From Octopus sinensis (taxonomy: Eukaryota), in contig NC_043005.1 of assembly GCF_006345805.1 (NCBI RefSeq), positions 35,898,001-35,962,000 on the forward strand: a stretch of DNA of 64,000 nucleotides. The letters run 5' to 3'. This document shows, piece by piece, positions 27,663-41,450 of this stretch. Below the pieces are notes generated by a model that worked only from the letters and a program-made list of their open reading frames with translations, had not been told where the DNA came from and searched no databases. Position 1 is the stretch's first letter; every line of letters begins with the position of its first letter. Position numbers and translations under genes: made by a program.

Positions 27663-28537
27663 CAGGGTGTAATGGGTAAATTGTTGCCATTTTATATTTT
27701 TAATTTTGCACAATGTTTGTTTTTGATTTTGTTGACTAGACAATATAGTAGGGTTAGTGGGACACTGTCTGTGAGAAAAAAAACAGCACCATGATGCAGT
27801 TCACTCTGCCAGAAATTTGGAAAAGAAATGCTGTACTGCTTAGCATTTGCATTGAAAACTCCAATATGAACATTTTAGTGTTTGGGTGTCAATCTGAGGA
27901 CAGTGCAATCTGATGACATATACTGAGAGTGATACAAATCAAACATCCAGTCAACATCAGGGTGTTTGGAGTGATCACTTGTGATGGCAACGTTATGCCT
28001 TGATTCATCTTCCCACACAGCCCCAGACTCAACACGGAGGCCTACATCAAGTGCCTGGAGGAGGTAGTGCTGCCCTGGATCAAGAGAGTGGTTGCTGGAA
28101 GACTCGATGTCTAGGAACAGGACTCTGCACCATGCCACACAAGGAGAACCCAGTCATGGCTGTCAGACAATATCTGTGACGACATCACCCCTAATATCTG
28201 GTCACATAACTCCCCAGATTGCAACCCTATTGATTATAATGTGTTGGGCGCAGTTGAGCAAAAGACCAACAAAACTCTTTGTAACATCAAAGGTGTACTA
28301 AAAGCAAAGATTATGGCAGCATTCACCAACTTAAACAAGGAGACTGTCCAGAAGAGCTGCAGGAGATTCGGAAGTTGTCTGGAGGCCATGGTTGGAGCCA
28401 ATGGCGATTTTATTGAATATATTTGCTCTTTAGTATTTCAAGATATTTTCATGTAATTTTGGTAAATATATGTTAAATGAGATGTCAGTGTTATTTTCAT
28501 TTATGCGTAATTTAGACAGTTTGTTCACCACACACTG
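27663..28537 (+). mobile_element. Internally deleted Tc1/mariner-superfamily transposon, DD37D (maT) type
   Basis: Frameshifted QDSAPCH...WLSDNICDDITPNIWSHNSPDCNPIDY; degenerate TIRs cagggtgtaatgggtaaattg / cagtttgttcaccacacactg. Confidence 0.85.
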
Positions 28538-28570
28538 AATATGTATATATATATATATATATATATATGA

Positions 28571-28890
28571 AAGAAGGTTTGAAAATGCAATTTTAAAGAT
28601 GTTTATTCACTTGACTGGTTTCACTTTTTTAGAAAAAGATTGTCAAAACTAAAATGTAAAGCTTTGTATGAGCTTTGTTGTGTTAAGTACTGGTTATCAC
28701 AAAAATATTAAAATACATATATACATTCTTTGATAATAATAAGAAAATGTTAGAAACATTTTACGAGAAAGTATTAACACAATAAAGCTCATACAAAGCT
28801 TTACATTTTACTTTTGACAATCTTCTTCTAAAAAAGTGAAATTGGTCAAGTGAATAAACATCTTTAAAATTGCATTTTCAAACCTTCTTT
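28571..28890. mobile_element. Fold-back element with ~115-bp arms, each carrying a decayed hammerhead
   Basis: Arms 28571-28686 and 28774-28890 are reverse complements. Plus arm ACUU UUGACAA UCUU..AAGU GAAA UUGG UC AAGU at 28810-28851. TA-repeat flanks. Confidence 0.7.
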
Positions 28891-29137
28891 ATATATATTT
28901 CCACTTATGCAGTACCTTACAACTTTACTTTGTTATATATGTATATATGTATATATATATATATATATATAACACACACACACATGACCATCTTTATACA
29001 CATACTTATACATCATCATCATTTAGCATCTGCTTTCCATACTGGCATGGGTTTAATAATGTGTGTATATATAGGTATGTATGTATGTATGTATGTATGT
29101 ATGTATGCATGTATGTGTGTATGTATGTATGTATGTA

Positions 29138-29220
<83 letters not shown>

Positions 29221-29225
<5 letters not shown>

Positions 29226-29430
29226 TAATCCAAACAATAAAAACAAAAAAACACAACAATGCAAGGACGTGGAACAAATAAAGTATTATTGGATGCTCAG
29301 GAAAGAAGGGAAGAAGGAGGGTTTAACGTTTCGAGCGGAGCTCTTCATCAGAAACATAGGAGAAGGAAAGATCCCGAGAAGGGAAGTCAGAGGAAAAAAA
29401 ATCGCCAGTGGTACTCACGAGGTCATGCAT
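29221..29430 (-). mobile_element. Penelope-like pLTR-derived short element in a microsatellite
   Basis: Paralogue of 8074-8270; abuts a long (TA)n. Confidence 0.75.
29321..29355 (-). ncRNA. Minimal type I hammerhead ribozyme, core intact
   Basis: Minus strand GUUU CUGAUGA A GAGC UCC GCUC GAAAC GUU AAAC: stem I 4 bp, stem II 4 bp, palindromic ACGU stem III. Confidence 0.75.
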
Positions 29431-29829
29431 ACATATAAATATATACATATACACAAATACATAATACATAATGAAGGAGTGAAACAGAGCTTGTGTGTAT
29501 GTGTGTGTGTGTGTGTTTATTAGCAAAATGACCCATCTAGGATACAATAAAATTTATTTCAACATGTGTTCACAACAAGAATCTTGTAAACAAAATACAA
29601 AAATGAAATAGTAAAACTGTATTTTCTACTTTAGTGCCACACTTTCTCAATATAAAATAATAATTCAAAGAAGGTAAAAGGAAAACTAGTCTTAATTTAT
29701 GAGATAACTTGGACTAACTTTCCTGAAAGCAGTCTATGAATTTCATCATGTGTTTTGGGCTTCTTTAGTTCAATATCCATTATACATTTTTCAAATGAGA
29801 TTATTCTGGAAAATAGTGAAGTGTTTCCT

Positions 29830-30071
29830 TCTGGAGCTATGCCAGGCTCATAAGGGCCAGTTTCCCGGTTTCAGTGGTGTATAAATTCCCTCACCTGGAC
29901 GGGACACTGATCTGTCTCAGGATTACTCATTTTTGCCAGCTGAGTGGACTGGAGCAATGTGAAATGAAGTGTTTTGCTCAAGAACACAATGTATCACCCG
30001 GTCCAGGAATCGAAACCACACACTTACGATCATGAGTCTAACACCCTAACCATTAAGCAACGTGCCTCCAC
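29830..30071 (-). mobile_element. tRNA SINE with V-domain-like body, decayed
   Basis: tRNA-like head at ~30000-30071; tail matches 51955-52045. Confidence 0.65.
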
Positions 30072-31819
30072 AGAAAATAGTGAAGCTTGAGGTAAATTAG
30101 GCAAGTCTGCAATACACCAATGTTAAAATAAAGCTAAACTATGCTGAGGTGTGCATTAAAATGAACCAATCTACACTGATTTTTAAAATATAAACAATTT
30201 TTAGAAGTAAATCAGTAAACAAAAAAAGTACATGACAAAACAGCAATGAGAATAAGGTCATATAAAATGGAAGCAACAGAAAAGAATTCCAAGAAGCTAG
30301 CAATTAGGAAATAAGCTGACAAGATAGTAAGGTTCGTAAATTACTAGAGTTAAATAATCTAGATAACACCACTTTTATGAATAAGGAATCTAGAGGAAAT
30401 AATTTTCAAGCAAATATTCCCATGAAAGAATTTTTAGATTTTTAAAGATAAAGAAAGAAAAAAAAAAACAAATGAAGTAAAACAGAAAAATAATATCAAC
30501 ATCATTATTATTAATTAGTTTTATACTAATTACTGTTGGTAGAAAATTATCTCACAACACTGCTAGATGAGTAACTGATACCTTTCTGCATTGGCCAAAC
30601 TCACAACCCCTAAACCCTCAGTAGTTTATTCACGATTGCACTGCAGCTGTACAAGGGAGGAACACTGCACCCACGTATACTAAGAGGAAAGGAGACTTCT
30701 CTACCTTTGTGAATCATATGGCCTGCAAGCTGTCTCACCTTTCAAATTGCAACCAGCCCTTCTGAGCCCTTGCCAAGATATCTCTTCTTACTTGGTAAAA
30801 TATTCATACTTACCAATCCTCAACCAAAATGACTATGTAAATAACACCCAAATAGATAAAAAAAAAAAAATAGTTTGCATCCCATTTTATTTTCAATTCT
30901 ACATTGCACACACAATGCCCCTCCCAAATTCCTCATCTCCAATACTGGATAATTATTTCAGTCAATGGATAATTATTTCAGTATGTTACCACACACCTAA
31001 TTTTTCTTTCTTGAATATCTCCCAAAAGATAAATTGAATTGTCACTAAAAGAAATGCTAGATTTGACTGAGTTGTCCTCAAAGGATTTCTACCCCTTTAA
31101 AGAAGCCACAAATATTCACATAAAAAAAATATAGTATCACAATGCCTTTTATATCATTGTCATTTTAATGTCACCTTTTTTCATGTCTTCATTGGTCAGA
31201 GAGAATTTGTTGAGACAGGTTTTTACTGTGACCAGCTGCCCTTCTTGTTGCTGTTACGAAGTAAGGTAAGTGGAAGTGCAAAGAATTGGGGATGAAATAT
31301 GTATCGTTCTGCTTTCAAGTGCTTACAGCAGCCTAGATGGAAGAGTGATAGAGAGATGGGCATTAAGGGGGATGAGATGTAGGGAATGCTTGATGGGGCA
31401 GATTCCTTTCATGCTGAACTTTTCTTTCAATGCATTAGCACTCTCGCATATGCAAACTAATCAGCATACTAGCTTCATTCCTCCCTAATCTTCGCATGTC
31501 CGCTACACACACACACACACACACCCACACATATATATTACCCAATAACCATATTTCTTCAAGAACTTAGTTTTGATGTTTTAACAATCCTAAATTCCTG
31601 TTACCTGGAGTTTTTCTAGCATTGGCATTTTATGAGTCATCAGAATCAACACTCCATGTTTGTATGGGATGGGTGCAGTTTGAAGTTGGTCGTCTATGAC
31701 TAGATGCTCTTCCTGTCACCAACCTTCGTCCATTTCCCCTTGACCAGACATGTTTTGCAGAATATTGTTATCAAGCGGTGGTGGAGGACAAACACAGACA
31801 CAAAGACACACACACACAT

Positions 31820-32052
31820 ATTTCTTTATTGCCCACAAGGGGCTAAACATAGAGGGGACAAACAAGGACAGACAAAGGGATTAAATTGATTACATCAACC
31901 CCAGTGCATAACTGGTACTTTATTTATTGACCCCGAAAGGATGAAAGGCAAAGTCGACCTCGGCGGAATTTGAACTCAGAACGTAACGGCAGACAAAATA
32001 CCGCTAAGCATTTCGCCCGGCGTGTTAATGTTTCTGCCAGCTCGCTGCCTTA
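31820..32052 (-). mobile_element. Family B SINE
   Basis: Reverse-complement match to 60141-60372; inserted in (CA)n. Confidence 0.85.
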
Positions 32053-32065
32053 CACACACACATAT

Positions 32066-32650
32066 ATAGTAACAAACTAAGGAAAGGAATTCTTTCAAAG
32101 GGGTACATAAAACATCCAATTCACTGGTATATCAGTTGAATACCACATGAATATGGGTATAATGCAAATTACAAACAAATTAAATAGAAAGATTTCATTA
32201 ATTGACAATCCAATAATTCATTTTTATTATAACATAATATACTATGAATACGATATAATATAAGATAACATAAAAAAGAATCATTAAAAAAACAAAATAG
32301 CCAAAAGTTTGTTTCGACTTATATACAGTATTTGATTTATAAACAATATGTATCCACTTCTAAGTCTCTTCAGAGCTCTGGTTTATAGACAGACTAAATT
32401 ATGTGTGAAAGGACAGCCGGACTATAAAAAAAATTAATTCAAATGCCTATGTATTATGAGCGTGAGCGTTAATCTTTCAACTACATGACAATTAGAATTA
32501 AAAAACAGCAAAATTATAATGGACAAAATAATTAAGTAAATAGAATCTACAACTATTGAAATATTTTTCTATATATCTCAAATAGTATATTATGTTATAT
32601 TATAATATGAATAAATTATTAGATTGTCAATTCAATCTCTATTTAATTTA
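32066..32650 (-). mobile_element. Penelope-like pLTR element with inverted partial copy and hammerhead (32299-32377)
   Basis: Minus strand AGCU CUGAAGA GACUUA..UAAGUC GAAA CAAACUUUU GGCU; inverted arms ~32177-32245 and ~32582-32650. Confidence 0.65.
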
Positions 32651-34290
32651 TATATAGATATGTATATATCATCATCATTTAATGTCTGTTTTCCATACTG
32701 GCATGGGTTGGACAGTTTGACTGAGGTTTGGAGAGCCAGTGGCTACACCAGGCTCCAATCTGATCTGGCAACGTTTCTACAGCTGGATGCCCTTCCTAAC
32801 TAACGCTAACCACTCCAAGAGTGTAGTGGGTGCTTTTTACATGCCACCGGCACAGGAGCCAGTCAGCAGGGCCTGGCATCGATCACAGCCAGATAAAGCT
32901 TTTTACATGCCACTGGCATGGGAGCCAGTCAGGGGTTATTGGCATCAGCCATGCTCGGTTGGTGCTTTTTACATGCCACCGGCATGAGAGCCAGTCAGTG
33001 GGTACTGGCAAATATATATATATATATATAGGTTATAAAATGAGATAGGGGTTGAAAATATATATATATATATGTATGAGGGGCTTTTTCAGTTTCCATC
33101 TACCAGATCCACTCACAAGGCTTTGATTTGCCTGAGGCTATAGTACAAGGCACTTGCTCAATGCGTCAAAAGGTAGGACTTAACCTGGAACCATGTGGTT
33201 GGGAAGCAAGCTTCTTACCACACAGCTGCCCCTGCACCTATACATGGTTAATTCAAAACTATGTGAATAAACAAGTATTATATTTGACAGAGGAATCTGA
33301 ATGTTATAGGGTTTATCAACATCATTTTCAGTAACAGCATCAGCTCTGTATCCATCATCCTCCTCCTCATCATCATCATCTACATCAACACTTTGACATC
33401 CAACCACAGGAAAGTTTAGAATTTATTCTTCCAACATAGGAAACAGAAAAGAAAATGTTTACATTAAATTCAAATTCCACTCAACAGAAATTATGAAACT
33501 GTAATTAAAGATGGTTGTTTTTAGATTACATAACTCTTGATGAGTGATATTACTGAGTGATATGTGTGTGTGTGTGTGTGTATAAATTATTATTATTATT
33601 ATTTACATATGATATAATCTTTCTCTCTCTCTCATATTCACACACTTAAGTACACAGAAATAATGTAAAAGATTTTTTTACGTATACGTGAATATTGTGA
33701 TGTCTATTTATTACATTTCATATTTACACATATTCTTTTGCGTGCGCGTGTATACCTACATCTATATATATGCATACAGACATAATAAGCTTTCCTAACA
33801 CACACACACACACATTTTTATATACACACCTATTAGCTCTATTGGTTAAAAAGTATCTATCTACTAAAGCAGAATTCACCACCACAGACTTTTTTTTTAA
33901 TCACAGGTGTGGCTGTGTGGTAAGAAGCTTGCTTCCCACCACATGGTTCTGGATTCAGTCCCACTGCATGGCACCTTGGGCAAATGTCTTCTACTATAGC
34001 CTTGGGCTGACCAAATCCTTGTGAATGGATTTGGTAGAGAAAAACTGAAAGAAGCTCGTCAGATATTTAAGTGTGAGTGTGTGTGTGTGTGTGTGTGTTT
34101 GTGTGTGTATGTGTGTGTGTGTGTCTTTGTGTCAGTGTTTGTCCCCCCCCACCACTGCTTGACAACTGGTGTTAGTGTGTTTATGTCCCTGTAACTTAGC
34201 AGTTCAGCAAAAACGGACAAATACAATAAGTACTAGGCTTATCTATACATACATACATATATACATACACACACACACATATATATATAT

Positions 34291-34860
34291 ACACAAATAT
34301 GAGAGATAGATCCGCAAGGATCCCAGCCACTAAGAATTGTTCTCAAGAAAAATTTAGCACACTATGAACGTAAGTGAGCAGGACAAATGAAATTAGGGAA
34401 TTTGGCGCGCTAGAACGAGGGCATTTGAATATAACTGTGAATATAATAGGCCGAACTGCTCGTGATTTTGACCCCATGTTAATATATAGCATGCAGTTCG
34501 ACAAATTATATTTTATGACGACCCTCACCGATGATCTGAGGATTAATTATGTAAGTAAAATTGCATAATTTATTAACAGTGAAACAATTGTATGGGGTTA
34601 ATCTATATTTTTGTTATTTTTAATTTGTACTGCTCGCTTACGTTCATAGTGTGCTAAATTTTTCTTGAGAACAATTCATAGTGGTTGAGACCCTTGCAGA
34701 TCTATCTCTAGCGTAAGAGCGTCCACATAGTGGATTCTCTCTCATATTTGTGTATTAATAATATTTACTGAATCTCAGTCCTTTATGCGCTAGACCACTG
34801 GTGTTTAAATTGATGTTGTTAAATTAATATCCAATTTTTTCACCCTCATTTTTGACTAAT
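34291..34860 (+). mobile_element. Penelope-like pLTR element with inverted partial copy, between microsatellites
   Basis: Arms ~34291-34390 and ~34620-34753 are reverse complements, hammerhead in the spacer, tail runs into (TA)n. Confidence 0.75.
34521..34598 (+). ncRNA. Type I hammerhead with CCGAUGA core variant and long stem II
   Basis: ACCCUCA CCGAUGA U CUG..(AU-rich hairpin)..CAG U GAAA CAAUUG UA UGGGGU; palindromic stem III ACAAUUGU; GUA cleavage triplet. Confidence 0.7.
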
Positions 34861-34884
34861 TATATATATATATTATCTTTTTAC

Positions 34885-35101
34885 TCTTTTACTCTTTTAC
34901 TTGTTTCAGTCATTTGACTGTGGCCATGCTGGAGCATCGCCTTTAGTCGAGCAAATCGACCCAAGGACTTGTTCTTTGTAAGCCCAGTACTTATTCTATC
35001 GGTCTCTTTTGCCGACCCGCTAAGTGACGGCGACGTAAACACACCAGCATCGGTTGTCAAGCAATGCTAGGGGGACAAACACAGACACACAAACACATAT
35101 A

Positions 35102-35135
<34 letters not shown>

Positions 35136-35285
35136 TACGACAGGCTTCTTTCAGTTTCCGTCTACCAAATCCACTCACAATGCATTGGTCTGCCCGAGGC
35201 TATAGTAGATGACCATTGCCCAAGATGCCATGTAGTGGGACTGAACCCGGAACCATGTGGTTGGTTAGCAAGCTACTTACCACAC
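34885..35285 (-). mobile_element. Family A SINE, young full-length copy
   Basis: Reverse-complement match to family A; CpGs largely retained. Confidence 0.85.
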
Positions 35286-35322
35286 TACACACATATATAT
35301 ACATGTAGATATATATATCTAC

Positions 35323-36178
35323 AGGTAGTGCATGAAGACATTTGGTATTCCTCATACAAGATGAGAAAGGGACAATTTTTATAGCCATCAAGGACAAGAG
35401 GAAAGACTGTGCTATGAAGCTTTTGAACAAATTCAAGCAACCCCTCCAACTGAACATGTTTTGGTTTTTCTCAGATGAGAAAAAATTCTACCAGGATCAA
35501 ATGGGGAACATACAGAACACTCGTTAGCTTGCTGTGTCCCCAAAACATGTAATGAGAGTGATAAAAATCAAACATCTAGTTAACATCATGGTGTTTGGAA
35601 TGATCACAAGTGATGGCAATGTTATGCCTCCATTCATCTCCCCACACAGCCTCAGACTCAACATGGAGGCCTGCATCAAGTGCCTGGAGGAGGTGGTGCT
35701 GCTCTGGGTCAAAAGGGTGGCTGTTGGAAGACCCTATGTTTGGCAACAGGACTCTGCACCATGCCACACAAGCAGAAGAACCCAGTCATGGCTGTCAATT
35801 TCTGCAACCATATCACCCCTAACATTTGGCCACCTAACTCCCCAGACTGCAACCCCATCGATTATTGTGTAGGGGCACAGTTGAGTGAGAGACCAACAAA
35901 ACTCCTTGTAACTCCAAGATGAACTGAAGGCAAGGATTATGGCAGCATTCACCAACTTAAAAAAGGAGACCATCCAGAAGAGTTGCAGGAGATTCCGAAG
36001 TTGTCTGGAGGCCATGGTTGAAGCCAATGGCGATTTTATTGAATAAATTTACTCTTTATTTATTCTTTGTATTTTAAGATATTTTATGTAATTTTGGTAA
36101 ACACATTTGTTAAAATGAGATGTCAGTGTTATTTTCATTTTTGCATAATTTATATGACAATTTATTCATCGCAGCCTG
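35323..36178 (+). mobile_element. DD37D (maT) transposase pseudogene with right TIR
   Basis: FFSDEKKF...MVFGMITSDG...YVWQQDSAPCH...WPPNSPDCNPIDY with stops/frameshifts; 37 residues between 2nd and 3rd Asp when reconstructed with the 27.7 kb copy; ends cctg|TA. Confidence 0.9.
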
Positions 36179-36891
36179 TATATACGATGGGCTTCTTTCA
36201 GTTTCCGTCTACCTAATCCACTCACAAGGCCTTGGTGAGCCTGAGGCCATAGTAGAAGACACTTGCCCAAGATGCCACACAGTATGACTGAACCCAAAAC
36301 AATGTGGTTGGGAAGCAAGCCTCTTACCACACAACCATACCTGTGCCTATAGAGATAATACAAGGCTATGATAGACACAAATAGGCAAAGATTCACAGAG
36401 GTTATGACAAAAAGCTGAGACGACTGGCAATTTTCTGTGCTTGAGAAGGCCCATTCATCGCTACGAAAATGAGGCCCTCAAAGCATTTTTATGCTTGTAT
36501 ATGCTGGGCCCTGCTCTGTAAAATTCTGCATCAAGCATTCCTACACATCTCATCTCCTTAATGCCCATCCCTCCATCACTCTTCTATCTAAGGCACTGGG
36601 CTGCTGTACTCAGCTGAGAGCAGAATCAGTACATGTCACCCCCATCCCATTCTTTGCACTACCAATTACAGATTCAAATGAAAAAAACAAATAAATAAAT
36701 AAATAAATGATGCCAGTGAGTCAGACAGGTGAGAATTAATTTTTCGGAATCTGGCCAAATGATTTCACCAGAAACTTTTACCGAACATTTTTTGTTTCTA
36801 TTTCTCTAAGTGGTTTACGATGACCTTCAAGGCCCATACATGTGTAGTCAACTATATCAACCATATTTTACTTAATATATTAGTTTTTCCC

Positions 36892-37402
<511 letters not shown>

Positions 37403-38593
37403 AAATACATTCTGGCTGAAGTAAATGATTTCAAATATAAGTGAAAGGTAGTAAAAAGATGAAGGAATAATAAAAAATAATACAGTAAAACAGATTTATA
37501 TTTTTGCAACACGTTTGCTACTTGTAATTAGAGTTCATTTGAATCATATTAACATATGGGAGAACTTATTTGGATGTAAAGCTTTTAACATGAAATAGAT
37601 CGAGTAACATATATTTTTGTAGAATCTAGTTTAAGTAGTCTGTTTTGGAACTACCAAAAATAAGGTTAATACAGTCTTTTTGCTTTCTTTAGCAGAGGAA
37701 TCTAATGAATAAAAAGATTAATGATTAATAAATAGAAAAAAAAAATTCAGTTAGGTGTTAATAATTATTTGTAATTTAGGCGCAGGGCCAACAATATTGA
37801 GGGTTGGTGGGGATTTGTTGATTACACGGACCCTAGTACTGCACCCTAGTACTTTATTTTATCAATACCAGAGAGGTGAAAGGAACGTAATTGGACTAGT
37901 GGCATTCAAGACCACAAGATCATGGTTTTAATTCTTGGACCAGGTGGTGTGTTGTATTCTTGAGCAAGAAATTTCATTTCATGTTGCTCCAGTACACACA
38001 GCTGTAAACGAATAATCCTGCAATGGATTAGCATTCTGTTCAGAGGTGATTATGTTACGATCTTAGTCACTGATACACTCTGGAAACTAGGTAACCACCC
38101 CTATGTCCTAGGACTCAAGACAGTAATAATGTCCAGGAGTTGATGAGGATGATGAAGAGAGAGATAAATGACAAAGCTAACCCTGGTGGGATTTGAACTC
38201 AGAACATAAACAACTGGAACCAAAATTGCAATGCATTTTGTCTGATGCTTTAAAAGACTCTGCCAAATTATTGGTTTCGTTTTGAAATGCTAATAATAGA
38301 AATAGATAAGGTGGCAGAATTGTTAGCATGTTGGGCAAAATGCTTAGCGGCATTTCATCCCATCTTCTTGTTCTGAGTTCAAATGCCACTGAGGTTGATT
38401 TTGCCTTTCATCCTCTCAGGATCAATAAAATAAATATCAGTTGAGAACTGGGGTCAACATAATTGACTTACCTACTCCCTTGAAATTGCTGGCCTTCTTT
38501 AAAAATATGAAACTAATTTGTGTGTGTGTGTGTGTGTGTGAAGGGCTGCTTTCAGTTTCTGTTTACCAAATTTCACTTATAATGTGTTGGTCA

Positions 38594-38825
38594 GAGGCGA
38601 CGAGCTGGCAGAAACGTTAGCGTGCCGGGCGAAATGCTAAGCGGTATTTTGTCTGTCGTTACGTTCTGAGTTCAAATTCCGCCGAGGTTGACTTTGCCTT
38701 TCATCCTCTCGGGGTTGATAAATAAAGTACCAGTTTCGCACTGGGTCGATGTAATCGACTTAATCCCTTTGTCTATCCTTGTTTGTCTCCTCTATATTTA
38801 GCCCCCTGTGGGTAGTAAAGAAATA
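38594..38825 (+). mobile_element. Family B SINE with 16-bp TSD, nested in an old family A SINE
   Basis: TSD tataatgtgttggtca at 38578-38593 and 38826-38841. Confidence 0.9.
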
Positions 38826-38835
38826 TATAATGTGT

Positions 38836-39089
38836 TGGTCACCCTGCAACTATAGTAGAAAACAATAGACAGCTGACAGTGTTCAAGCAGCAGGATTGAA
38901 CCCCTAACCACATGGCTCTAAAGTAAACATCTTAACCATGCAGCTATGCCCTGCACGCCTACTGGTCACCCTGCAACTATAGTAGAAAACAATAGACAGC
39001 TGACAGTGTTCAGGCAGTGGGACTGAACCCCTAACCACATGGCTCTAAAGTAAACATCTTAACCATGCAGCTATGCCCTGCACGCCTAC
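38836..39089. repeat. 127-bp direct tandem duplication of a decayed SINE head
   Basis: tggtcaccctgcaac...cacgcctac at 38836 and 38963. Confidence 0.9.
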
Positions 39090-39989
39090 ATGACTGAAAA
39101 ATCTTATTTGCTAGTTTGTTGTGGAGTTGTACATGATAGCACATAGGTTGGTGGAGAAAGAGAGAGAGAGAGAGAGGGAGAGAGGGAGAGAGAGAGAGAG
39201 GGAGAGAGAGAGGGAGAGAGAGAGGGAGAGAGAGAGAGAGGAGAGAGGGAGAGAGAGAGATGAGGAGAGAGAGAGAGGGAGAGAGAGAGAGAGATGAGGA
39301 GAGAGAGAAAGGGAGAAGTAGGTCTTTTCATATGTTAAGGAAAACAGCAAGCTGATTACATCTGTAACCATTAGAGTGAATGTTAGGAAGGCCAGGACGG
39401 GGTGGGACATATTTTGTGTTAGATTGTTAAGTAGTACTAGGTGAATGAATATTTCTGTATGTGTTTGTTTATTTTGTAGTTGTTTACGTGAATCAAGGTT
39501 TTTGTTTTTTTATATTTTCATATGGCTCTGGGATGTAAATTTTCAAGCCTATCTAACAATTACTAGGGAGAGAGAAAGAGTGTGTGTTTGTGCACAACAT
39601 ACACACAGATACAGGTTATCTCTACTCCCCTTATCTCTTATTTATTTATATGATTCCTTTCTTCTTCTTCTTCTCCCCTCTCACATAATGTGGTTGATTT
39701 ACCAGTCTTCATTTTGGGGATCTGATGTTTAAATATTCGTAGAGCTCAGTGTATTTTGCCTACATTTAAATAAATTAGCCACCTAGGTCAGATTTCAGTA
39801 TTTACTATAATGTAATTTGACATGAGCCTGAGTTATTTCTCAGGATGAAAACCTATCCCATTGTTTTCCTTTATCCTTCTCTCTCTTCTTTTCACTCAAG
39901 TTTCTCACCTTCCTATCTCTGATCACAAGATATGAACATTTTTACATCATAGTCAAAGAAATCTATAAATGATAATATATATCTCAGAT

Positions 39990-41000
39990 GTCTGGAAAGG
40001 GTAGGGCAGACGGTTTCCCTAGTAATGGTACCCTGATGAACACACCCAACCTTCTGTCATACTGTATGGTAATAAATAGAAAAGAATAAGCAGCTGTAAA
40101 AATCTTAGCAAAACCCTCTGTGCAATGCAGCAGACTCTGAACTAACGGCTCTGTTAGTTAATAAAGCTAGCACATGTTCTGTTTCTCTGTTGTGTATAAT
40201 AGGAGTGGTGTGTACACTCCCTGACTGTCTATTTTTGTTTTATTTTATGGCTTGTGTTTCTTTCTCAGGTATATTGTTTGCTATGTTGAGATTAATTAAG
40301 TCCAATAAGAGGTAAAGATAAGGAGGAAGTATTAGAAATATTAGAAGATAGGTGGTGATGAATGCCGCATGCAGGAACTATGATGGAGAGGTGCATCAGC
40401 AATTATAACAACAGGAAACATGAGTAAAAGGTTTAGGGAAAGGTAGGTGGATTACTCTGGTACCAGGAGGGTGGGGTGCGTAGGTGTACTATTTGTAGGA
40501 GAGGTAGATAAGAGGTGGGTAGTGTTGGGTGTGATAATTATAAGTGTTAAGCTAAGTTGATAGAGAAAGTAACCGTGAATGTAATGTTGTAAAGATACCC
40601 TACAAAGACAATTACCAAGCTAGCAAAATATCTATTTTCATGAAGCCCCAAAGAGAATTTCATCAAACATAGCTGAGAGAGAACATTTTTAACAAGTGAT
40701 GTCGGGAAATATCAACATGGATTACATTGGCTAAAAGCCATCAGACAAAGATATGGGGATAAATAGGTACAACTGTTGGTTCTTAACCAAGAGAATATCA
40801 GAGGAATATAGAAGAAATATAAGATATAAAATCTGTGGTGATGTACAGTCATTTTTGTCATGTCCTTTGTACATTAGGACAAGAAAAGACCTTTATGCTA
40901 CAAGTTATCTCAAGAGAAGAAATTCTCCTTACAAATAATATGGGTGTAAACAGACCACTATGCCATGATTGATATCGCCAGACTGTAGGACACATGCTTT
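39990..41000 (+). pseudogene. Highly decayed RTE LINE 5' region / AP endonuclease
   Basis: caggaactatgatggagaggtgcatcagca reads QEL*WRGASA, resembling the RTE endonuclease QExRWRG motif; downstream IISVKL and KVTVNV fragments. Confidence 0.55.
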
Positions 41001-41034
41001 TTTACATTAATACACTTCATCAGCTATACTATTT

Positions 41035-41242
41035 TACTCTTTTATTTGTTTCAGTTATTTGACTGTGACCATGCTGGAGCACCGCCTATAGTCATGCAAA
41101 TCGACCCCAGGACTTATTCTTTGTAAGCCTAGTACTTATTCTATCAGTCTCTTTTGCTGAACCGCTAAGTTACGGGGACGTAAACACACCAGCATCGGTT
41201 GTCAAGTGATGTTGGGGGGACAAACAGAGACACACAAAATAT

Positions 41243-41291
<49 letters not shown>

Positions 41292-41450
41292 TACGATGGG
41301 CTTCTTTCAGTTTCCCTCTACCAAATCCACTCACAAGGCTTTGGTCGGCCCGAGGCTATAGTAGAAGACACTTGCCCAAAGTGCCATGCAGTGGGACTGA
41401 ACCTGGAGCCATGTGGTTCGTAAGCAAGCTACTTACCACACAGCCACTCA
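41035..41450 (-). mobile_element. Family A SINE, young full-length copy
   Basis: Reverse-complement match to family A. Confidence 0.85.

Noticed and set aside
35534-35922. Active transposase gene
   Set aside because: Multiple stops and frameshifts, and the N-terminus and left TIR are missing.
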